NCBI GenBank assembly: GCA_963668675.2 | Contig: CAXXMB010000001.1 | Coordinates: 960,001 to 1,024,000, forward strand | Direction: 5' to 3' | DNA from: an uncultured Desulfatitalea sp. | Lineage (GTDB): Bacteria; Desulfobacterota; Desulfobacteria; Desulfobacterales; Desulfosarcinaceae | DNA: 64,000 nt | Shown: one piece after another, positions 56,720-64,000 of the stretch | How the letters are laid out: each line of letters opens with the position of its first letter | Position numbering within the stretch: the stretch's first letter is position 1 | Program-made: the position numbers and the translations under genes | Notes under the pieces: model-generated | Seen by the model: the letters and a program-made list of their open reading frames with translations, nothing else | Told to the model about the DNA's origin: nothing | Database searches by the model: none

Positions 56720-56900
56720 GTCTGGTGGGTGCGATTACTCTTTAACTACCAATTCTACGCGCCGATTCTGTGCTTTCCCAGTAGTGGTTTCATTAGGCGC
56801 AATTGGTTTAGACTCACCATAACCAGCTGTAAAAAGGCGAGAGGAAGAGATGCCTGCGGTAACCAAATATGCTTTTACCGATTCATGTAAGGTGTCACTC

Positions 56901-56936
56901 GGTTTGAAACCTCGTGACGGATGGTTTGAAACCTCG
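56901..56936 (+). repeat. 14 bp direct repeat (possible arm sites of a second element)
   Basis: GGTTTGAAACCTCG at 56901 and 56923, then a partial GGTTTCAGA. Confidence 0.6.
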
Positions 56937-57101
56937 GTTTCAGATCGTAATAAACAAAAACGCTAACTTTCATTGTTTATAGCAAAGGCCCTTTTGCCGA
57001 TTAAAAACGCCTCCTGTAGCCCATGGATATATCAGAACCAATGTAAGGTGCCACATAGTTTGATCTATAGTTTATTGCGATATCTTTACTATACCAATTT
57101 A

Positions 57102-57986
57102 TTATTTTTTGGAAAGGCGCTTAAGCATACCACCATATTCATTTATCAATGACTTCAATGGCTCGGCCCCTCTGTAGAAGACTTCAGAATCAAACCCATG
57201 TTTGGGTGTTAATCCAGTATATTTTCTTATTGCTTTCATCTCCTTTATAGGAACTTCTTTTGTCCAACCGGGAAATCCAATAGTACCTACCCTTTTTTCA
57301 CTTGTATATCCCTCCCCTAAACCAAGCAGTTTTCGCCTCTTTTCAATCCTAATAACATCAATATAGTTCTTGTGCGGATTATCAATTTTGAAATTAAATT
57401 GAGATAGTATCGAATTAAGTTGGTGGTAGGTAATTATATAATATCTTTTATCAATATTTCGGGTGTTTTTTCTAAAATATTCTGACACAAAGTAAATCTC
57501 GCCATCATTATCCTTTTTATAGGGCCTGTACCTTCGGTATAAATCCAATTTATGATCTGCTACGCGGATTGCAATTTTTTCAAGCTCTTTATGTTTTATC
57601 TTAGGTGTTCTGTTCATCTTTTGTAAGTAATATAATACAGAAAGCATTGCTGTACGTTTATTGCAATCATGGAATGGGTGATTTTTTATCAATCCATAGA
57701 ATAGCGTAGCCAGTCTTTCATACTCTGTTTTCCATTTATACTCTTCACCAAAAGATGTAACTTGTCGTGCTATAGCTGAGGACAAAAGATTTAAATCTCG
57801 TGGTCCAACACCACCTATGGCTTTTTCACCATCTCTTTCGTCATAAAAATAATCGACAATTGAAAAATGGGCATCAAGAACATCAACAATAGTTATTGCG
57901 CAAGAATCGAACTGTTCACATTCATCAGCACACAACTCTATCCATCTGTTGTATTCATTTCTAACATCTGGATTCACAAATTCCAT
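57102..57986 (-). CDS. Fic/Doc family protein with C-terminal extension
   Basis: HPFHDCNKRTA Doc-type motif, GPRDLNLLSSA. Confidence 0.88.
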   Translation of the reverse strand: MEFVNPDVRNEYNRWIELCADECEQFDSCAITIVDVLDAHFSIVDYFYDERDGEKAIGGVGPRDLNLLSSAIARQVTSFGEEYKWKTEYERLATLFYGLIKNHPFHDCNKRTAMLSVLYYLQKMNRTPKIKHKELEKIAIRVADHKLDLYRRYRPYKKDNDGEIYFVSEYFRKNTRNIDKRYYIITYHQLNSILSQFNFKIDNPHKNYIDVIRIEKRRKLLGLGEGYTSEKRVGTIGFPGWTKEVPIKEMKAIRKYTGLTPKHGFDSEVFYRGAEPLKSLINEYGGMLKRLSKK

Positions 57987-58040
57987 TCAAGTAGTTCCTT
58001 AACTCTCCATATTACATTCAATAATTGTCTTCAGCCAAGA

Positions 58041-58472
58041 TTATCCTAAAAATCTACAAACTTTTGAACGCAACTCATCTGATTTTTTTGTTTGACACTC
58101 CCAAATGATTAGGCATTCCCAGCCCAAATGTTCTAACTCAGATAGTTTTTTCTTGTCTCTTTCTATGTTTTTTACAAATTTTTCCTCCCAAAAAGCTTTC
58201 CTTGTTTTTGGCATTGTGGCCTTCTTACATCCTTCATGTCTGTGCCAAAAACATCCATGAACAAAAATGACCTTTTTGCGTCCTGGGAAAACTATATCTG
58301 GAGTTCCTGGCAGATTCTTTCGTTGAAGCCTATATCTATAGCCCAATGAATGTAGCAGCTTTCTAACTTTTATTTCAGGAGTGGTATTCGCGCCCTTTAT
58401 TCGAGCCATCAGGGCACTTCTGAATGCCGAAGGAGGTGGGTCTTTAGTTAGCTTCTGTTCCTGGGGGGGCAT
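58041..58472 (-). CDS. vsr: Very short patch repair endonuclease
   Basis: RSALMARIK..NTTPE, LPGTPDIVF, FVHGCFWHRH, IWEC. Confidence 0.95.
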   Translation of the reverse strand: MPPQEQKLTKDPPPSAFRSALMARIKGANTTPEIKVRKLLHSLGYRYRLQRKNLPGTPDIVFPGRKKVIFVHGCFWHRHEGCKKATMPKTRKAFWEEKFVKNIERDKKKLSELEHLGWECLIIWECQTKKSDELRSKVCRFLG

Positions 58473-60423
58473 AGTCTTCAATCGCATTAATTATATCAGA
58501 TAGCCTATCTACAGTCTTTCTTTTTACCAAATAATCGTTATATGCAGCATATGCATCTTCTATAAGTGAATCGTAGAGTACTATCCTGGCATTTAGCGGG
58601 TTAAGTGTATCTTTCACCTGTTTCTTGCCACCTGGGCCATGCCATTCTTTGGGATACTCACTCAATAGGCAAATAAACTCAACGGGTTCATTATCTTTTT
58701 GCATCTTTTGAAGAATTTTCAACATTCCAGCTCTATATTTATTAATTTGTTTCGCTAGCTCATAAAGGTCAACCTTTCGACCAGGTCGTTTTAGTTCGAT
58801 TATAACATGCTCCCCAGCTGTCTTTCTGTATTTTATATCAATTCTAGCAGATTTTTCCTTGGCCGTTAGCTTAGCTCCTACCGACTTAAATAATTTGCTT
58901 ACTCGCTGTTCCATCACTGGTGGTGCGTCAACTCGCTCCCAATGTGGGTCAATCAACCAAAGGTGATCAAATATGTATTCTTGAATAACCTTTTCCAATG
59001 ATTTCTTATCTACCTTTTCGTGAAGTGCCCTAATTACAGCAATCCTTTGCTGTACGATTTGCCCGTAAAGGTTGGCCTCTAATCCATCCAACTCCTTAAA
59101 TATCTCCATAGCGGCGGGCAAATTTTCATCATCTATCTCTTCAAGTCTTTCCAAGTTTTCATTGCAGCGATAAAATTCAAATGCAAGTACCGAATGTTTT
59201 ATAAGTTGTTTTTGTTCATCTATCTCGTCAGTTTTAAGCCTATTAATTTTCCCAAGCCACTTTTTTGCTCGAGGTCGTATTGCTTTGGGAAGACCTTTGA
59301 TCCAATTGTTTACAGCTGGTATCTCGAGAGCTTTTCTTGCCCCTGCTTCAGTCCTCCATTCACTCCATTTATTTTGTATATGTTTTAGTTCATCTCCAAT
59401 TATTTTTTTTAATTGAACATATCTCGGATCATCTTCAACAATGCGCTGCCTGCTGCTTGTGGCAGCATCCTCCTCACCATCAAGATCTAATTCGTCTACC
59501 TTTATCTCTCCAATCAGATAACTGGCGTAAACACCCCTTTCGGTATAATCAGCAAGTATATCCTCTTGAGCCATCTTTCCTCTTACGTATATGGCGATTC
59601 GGTTTAGATTATCACCTTCTTCATCACGTAAATTTCGACTCTCCTTTACTGTAGCTAGCCATCCTGAAATAGCAGGTTTTCGATTCTTAACAAAAGTTGA
59701 TCGATCCTCTTTTTCCTCATGGTTTATACAGTTCTTGATAATTTCCTTTTGATCACCATAGGTCCATATATATTGTATTTTCTTATAATAATCTCGGTCT
59801 GAAGGTGTTATCTCGTCTTTATTTATATAGACCCTAAAATCATTGGTTGGCCCTATAATTGAAAAGCGTCTTGCAAGGCGTCTCCTCAACGCCATTGATG
59901 TCCCTAATGTCTGACGCCTTCTCAGCTTTTTGAGAATAATATGAGTACCCTGTTTGACTTTAATCGACTTAGTATCAATTGGATTGGGTTCATATGTACC
60001 TGATCCACTTTTTATTTTTTCTCGAATGTCTTCAAGTTTCATTCTGAAGGCATTTTTGTCTCCATTTTTCACAGTATAGACTTCGATAATATCAGCGATG
60101 GAGAATAGCGAGAGTTTCCCAATTCCCTTACGCCCCATTGGGGCTCTTCCTTTTTCTGTGAGTTCTCCTTGCTCGTCTCGCCTTCTATATCCAACCAGCA
60201 GGAATCTCTCATTAACTTCCTGACCAGTCATGCCGATACCATCATCCTTGATTTCAATTCTGTTGCTGGCACGGTCAGTGGTGATATCCACCCTCGATGC
60301 ATCGGCATCCCAAGAATTAGCAACCACCTCTGAAAGAACAGATGGTACGTTACTATAGAGATTGATTCCTAAATGCTCCAGCACATTTAGGCTCAATTTC
60401 ATGTTGTAATACGGCTTTGCCAT
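58444..60423 (-). CDS. GHKL (MORC/Hsp90-like) ATPase fused to a PD-(D/E)xK nuclease
   Basis: EVVANSWDA, DDGIGM, GRKGIGK, GT; C-terminal RIDI...IIELKRP. Confidence 0.85.
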   Translation of the reverse strand: MAKPYYNMKLSLNVLEHLGINLYSNVPSVLSEVVANSWDADASRVDITTDRASNRIEIKDDGIGMTGQEVNERFLLVGYRRRDEQGELTEKGRAPMGRKGIGKLSLFSIADIIEVYTVKNGDKNAFRMKLEDIREKIKSGSGTYEPNPIDTKSIKVKQGTHIILKKLRRRQTLGTSMALRRRLARRFSIIGPTNDFRVYINKDEITPSDRDYYKKIQYIWTYGDQKEIIKNCINHEEKEDRSTFVKNRKPAISGWLATVKESRNLRDEEGDNLNRIAIYVRGKMAQEDILADYTERGVYASYLIGEIKVDELDLDGEEDAATSSRQRIVEDDPRYVQLKKIIGDELKHIQNKWSEWRTEAGARKALEIPAVNNWIKGLPKAIRPRAKKWLGKINRLKTDEIDEQKQLIKHSVLAFEFYRCNENLERLEEIDDENLPAAMEIFKELDGLEANLYGQIVQQRIAVIRALHEKVDKKSLEKVIQEYIFDHLWLIDPHWERVDAPPVMEQRVSKLFKSVGAKLTAKEKSARIDIKYRKTAGEHVIIELKRPGRKVDLYELAKQINKYRAGMLKILQKMQKDNEPVEFICLLSEYPKEWHGPGGKKQVKDTLNPLNARIVLYDSLIEDAYAAYNDYLVKRKTVDRLSDIINAIEDYAPPGTEAN

Positions 60424-61528
60424 TTGATTTGGCCCTTTTCAAATGATGTTTTATCGTCCTGGCTATAGCTTGTGCTAAGGCGACCGGTACGGCGTTCCCT
60501 ATCATACGACCAATATGATTAATGTTTATTTTTTCCCCTGGTCCACAAAATTCATATTCGGAAGGAAAAGATTGTAGTATGGCACCCTCGCGAAGGGATA
60601 ATGCCCTATCTTGCTCAGGATGTCCGAAACGACCATTGCCAAATCCATAGAATTGCGTGGTAATCGTTGGTGAGGGTTCATTCCATCCCATCCGGCCATA
60701 TACTGATGAATACCCTTTGCCAGATTCGCGTTTATGGCATTTCGTAACGAGTTTTGGATTCCAATCTTTCCATGTACCTCCGGGTTTAGAAGCTTTTATT
60801 CTTCTAAGATTTATCTTCGATAGCCTGCTGCAACGATGCATCACATCATTGACTGAGGTTTCTCCCGATTCTATTTTTGAAAGATTTCCAATAGCATCCC
60901 TGACTGTTATGTAACTATTTTTAGAATGAGTTGGTTGCTCTAATCTAATCTCTCCAAGCAACGAAGCCAAAAGAACTAATCTGGTCCGGCTTTGCGGAAC
61001 TCCATAGTCAGGGCAAAAAACATTCTTCCACCAAACGGAGTACCCAATATCTCTAAGAGTATTTACGAATCCTTTAAATAAAGACCCCTGCCTAAATTTC
61101 TCAAGCCGCGGGACATTTTCCATTGAGACTATTTCAGGCTTGACTTCGGATATCAAACGCCCAAAATGTTTTAATAAATTCCATTGAGGATCATCGTTTT
61201 TTTGATTGTAAAGGGAGAACGGTTGACAAGGCGCACACCCAACTAATATGCGTGGCACTCCATCAAAAAATTCGTTGTTAAGTTCTTTCCCAGATAGTTT
61301 CGATATGTCTCTGCTTACAAACGGGGCTTCATTGTTTGTCTCAAAAGCGTAACGACATTTTTCGTCGAGATCTATTCCGCATGCAATTGGGAATCCTTCC
61401 AAATAAAACCCGTGCGACAAACCGCCGACTCCGCAGAACAAATCAATTACAGAAGCTACTACAGAGCTATGTGGTGCCTTATTACGCGACCTGATTCGCT
61501 TTTTTATTCTCGGCTTAATCATATTCAT
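60353..61528 (-). CDS. DNA cytosine-5 methyltransferase
   Basis: DLFCGVGG, PCQPFS, ENV, YGVPQSRTR, REGAILQSFP, IGNAVP. Confidence 0.95.
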   Translation of the reverse strand: MNMIKPRIKKRIRSRNKAPHSSVVASVIDLFCGVGGLSHGFYLEGFPIACGIDLDEKCRYAFETNNEAPFVSRDISKLSGKELNNEFFDGVPRILVGCAPCQPFSLYNQKNDDPQWNLLKHFGRLISEVKPEIVSMENVPRLEKFRQGSLFKGFVNTLRDIGYSVWWKNVFCPDYGVPQSRTRLVLLASLLGEIRLEQPTHSKNSYITVRDAIGNLSKIESGETSVNDVMHRCSRLSKINLRRIKASKPGGTWKDWNPKLVTKCHKRESGKGYSSVYGRMGWNEPSPTITTQFYGFGNGRFGHPEQDRALSLREGAILQSFPSEYEFCGPGEKININHIGRMIGNAVPVALAQAIARTIKHHLKRAKSNGKAVLQHEIEPKCAGAFRNQSL

Positions 61529-61687
61529 TCATCACTAATCAGTGAACAAAATTAAGAGACCAAAATACTTGTGGCTTTTGGTCTCCTTGTTTGTTTTTAC
61601 AATCGAATGTAGAGCAACTAAATGAAAACCAGAATACGGCTAAAATAGCATAAAATTTTCAATATATTAATCAAAAAATTAAAGTTG

Positions 61688-62536
61688 TCATAATGACACT
61701 CTACCGTCACTATTCAGCACGGCAGAGAGGGCCATTAGGGTTTCTAAACTAAATCTTCTATAAAACTTATTGAACGCAATGTAAAAAATATATGCTGTAA
61801 TGCCAGAAGATACTATTAACCACACAGAAACTTCCATGGAGAATCGCCCTTCCATTGCGTGCCAGACGAATATCCAGAAAAACAGCACAAATATTAAAGT
61901 AACTGTTCTTGTGAATCCAAATAGTGCAACATAATTCTGAAATTTTGGACCATGAGTTTTCGAATTTTCGAGAGCGAAATGATAGCAATACCTAAAAAAG
62001 GAATTTTCGTTTAACCATTGCTCCCGATCAATTTCCTCCGGCAAGTTGTATAAAGCGAAAATGGCTTCTTTGATTGTTTGCTTCGAGACGTCGCTTACCT
62101 CTTTGATATACAGGTCTCTTAGATTCATCACGTAACCAAGGATCACATCAAAAAAGAAAACTGGGAAAATCAATAAACATACGAATATACGCGCTATTAA
62201 TCGCCGAATTGTGGCCAACTTTGGTTTAAAAATACACTCTGATGGTTGACCTAATAAATACTTGGATGGATATCCAGACATCCAATTTGCATACTTTTCA
62301 ATCGTGATGGAAGATACGAAACTAAGCAGATGTCCGAGAATATATGAAATTATAATAAATGGAATGTAGATGTCCTTTTCGAAAAAATTGATTGCGTTCT
62401 CCAAGGACTCGCGATTGAAACACTGACTCTCCGAATGAAAGTAAGCGAATATCAATAAATACAGAGTAATGGCACCAGGTATAAAGTATCCCAAGAAATC
62501 ATAAAGAGAAAAAGGGTTTTGTCGGCTTTGCATCAA
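61688..62536 (-). CDS. Hypothetical multi-pass membrane protein
   Basis: 282 aa, about 5 hydrophobic segments, YDFLGYFIPG start. Confidence 0.7.
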   Translation of the reverse strand: MMQSRQNPFSLYDFLGYFIPGAITLYLLIFAYFHSESQCFNRESLENAINFFEKDIYIPFIIISYILGHLLSFVSSITIEKYANWMSGYPSKYLLGQPSECIFKPKLATIRRLIARIFVCLLIFPVFFFDVILGYVMNLRDLYIKEVSDVSKQTIKEAIFALYNLPEEIDREQWLNENSFFRYCYHFALENSKTHGPKFQNYVALFGFTRTVTLIFVLFFWIFVWHAMEGRFSMEVSVWLIVSSGITAYIFYIAFNKFYRRFSLETLMALSAVLNSDGRVSL

Positions 62537-62653
62537 TCTGTCTTTGTTATGTTTTTCCTAATTCCTTTAGAGCCTGCTCATCCATCTGTTAAGCTTGAGC
62601 TCACTTTCGATTGCTCAATGCTCCATTAGGTTGTCAATTGCGATCCATAAGGT

Positions 62654-63409
62654 TCAATTTGTTATGATGAGCTCCTTTGTTTTAGTACACAGATGCCTTG
62701 AAGAACTATACGATGTATCTACTGTTGTTAGTTTGAAGCTATCGAATACTGAACGCATCTTTCTATGATCATTTATACTCATTATGAAATGCGATTTAAC
62801 TTTGGATAAACATTCGGCCAACTCAATAAAGTCGGATAACACAAAATTATGTTTATAATATGGAGCCTTATAATACGGTGGGTCAAGGAAAAAGAGTGTA
62901 CCTGGCTTATCATAAGTTTTAAAAAACTGCTGCCAGGGAAGATGCTCTATAGTAACGCCGGCAAGTCTGAGATGAACCTCGGACAGTTCCTCCTCGATTC
63001 TGAGAAGGTTGATACTCGGCCGCCTCATCGGAGACGCCCCATAGGTCCTGCCCCGCACCCGACCGGCAAAACACTGTCGTTGAAGGTAATAGTACCGGGC
63101 AGCCCTCTGGATATCGGTCAGCCCACCGGCTACCTGCTGACGTTTCCAATCCTCGAACATTTCCCTCGAGGCCAGCAGCCATTTAAATTGTTTTAAAAAT
63201 TCCTCCAAGTGGTTTTGAAGGACCCGGTAAAAACAGATCAGATCAGAATCCAGATCGTTGATCACTTCGTACTTGGATGGTTCTTTCCTAAAAAATACCC
63301 AAGCTGCCCCTGCGAACACCTCGCAGTAGGCCTTATGCTTGGGCATCATTTCGATAATGGTTTTTGCCAGTTTGGACTTACCACCGATATACGCGATAGG
63401 GCTGTTCAT
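62654..63409 (-). CDS. DNA adenine methyltransferase (Dam/D12 class, phage type)
   Basis: YIGGKS, EVFAG, INDLD, LDPPY; start set at MNSPI after AAGGAG. Confidence 0.93.
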   Translation of the reverse strand: MNSPIAYIGGKSKLAKTIIEMMPKHKAYCEVFAGAAWVFFRKEPSKYEVINDLDSDLICFYRVLQNHLEEFLKQFKWLLASREMFEDWKRQQVAGGLTDIQRAARYYYLQRQCFAGRVRGRTYGASPMRRPSINLLRIEEELSEVHLRLAGVTIEHLPWQQFFKTYDKPGTLFFLDPPYYKAPYYKHNFVLSDFIELAECLSKVKSHFIMSINDHRKMRSVFDSFKLTTVDTSYSSSRHLCTKTKELIITN

Positions 63410-63592
63410 TGGGCGCTCCTTGTGACGATCCATTTCAATATGGTAAAAGCCCCTTGCTCGGATCCGAGCACTGGGGGCCGTCCATTTTGGATGTGGGGCT
63501 GCCTTGAACAGCTCTTCGCCCGGGAGGGTGTTACAGCACCGTCCCGGGTGGCCTCCTTTCTACTACACCACCATATCTGGTATTTCCCTCCC

Positions 63593-64000
63593 CTATTGTT
63601 TCCGGATGAACGTGACAGAAATCATGTTGTAATATTGGACTGCCGAACTATTGCTGCCGAATGAATATCCAGACAATCTCAAGGGGACGTCACCATCGCC
63701 GGTGACAAAAACAAACCCACCGAACTGCTGGCGATCGGTCTCGCCGGCGGCCACATAGTTTTCGATTTGAAACCCCGCATGGGGCCCACCCACAAAATAG
63801 ACGGTACCCGTACCGTATGGTTGGGCAACGATGTATCTGTTGTTGCCGGCCGTTGCTCCCTTGGTGCATTCGATGGCCACATTAATGAAAAAGACGTCAC
63901 CGGCATGCAGACCCGTTAGGGTGGTGAGATTCACCATGGTGGTCATGGAGCTGGTTACAGAAACCGCCGAGGTGTTGTTCTGGGTCTCATAACTCGGATT
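63593..64000 (-). CDS. C-terminal part of a beta-rich protein, possibly a phage tail fibre/receptor-binding domain (partial)
   Basis: Frame stays open to the window edge (NPSYETQNNTSAVSVTSSMTT...); position upstream of a Dam gene is common in prophages. Confidence 0.45.
   Translation of the reverse strand, partial: NPSYETQNNTSAVSVTSSMTTMVNLTTLTGLHAGDVFFINVAIECTKGATAGNNRYIVAQPYGTGTVYFVGGPHAGFQIENYVAAGETDRQQFGGFVFVTGDGDVPLRLSGYSFGSNSSAVQYYNMISVTFIRKQ

Noticed and set aside
56901..56936. CRISPR repeat (TTGAAAC ending)
   Set aside because: Only two 14 bp copies 8 bp apart, far too short for repeat-spacer structure.

Overview
This 64 kb bacterial window probably comes from a Desulfobacterales-type deltaproteobacterium (inferred from gene content and protein style, not proven) and has four parts. 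(1) 1-32.4 kb is a minus-strand, sigma54-promoted surface-glycan island, probably for flagellin or protein glycosylation. It holds CDP-3,6-dideoxysugar genes (rfbF/G/H), a NeuB-cupin fusion, a HAD phosphatase, a ThDP enzyme, five radical SAM proteins, FkbM, two pyruvyltransferase-like proteins, several GT2/GT4 glycosyltransferases and TPR proteins. (2) 32.6-44.2 kb is a core motility, regulatory and housekeeping block: histidine kinase, sigma54 activator, PilZ, HDOD, MBL hydrolase, rod-like protein, ihfA, tRNA-Pro, purA, tadA and tRNA-Arg(ACG). (3) 44.2-56.7 kb is a 12.4 kb integrative element bounded by a 91 bp direct repeat containing a complete tRNA-Arg gene. It carries a tyrosine integrase, a serine resolvase flanked by two tandem T7/SP6-like promoter motifs, an SF2-helicase-like gene followed by iteron-like repeats, HU plus membrane proteins, a HEPN-motif protein and unannotated small membrane peptides. 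It has no capsid or conjugation genes, and is the best candidate for an undescribed system: a satellite or defence island switched on by a phage RNA polymerase. (4) 56.7-64 kb is the end of a second, prophage-like element with a C5-MTase / GHKL-ATPase-nuclease / Vsr / Fic block and a DNA adenine methylase. All calls come from reading motifs by eye; no database searches were run.
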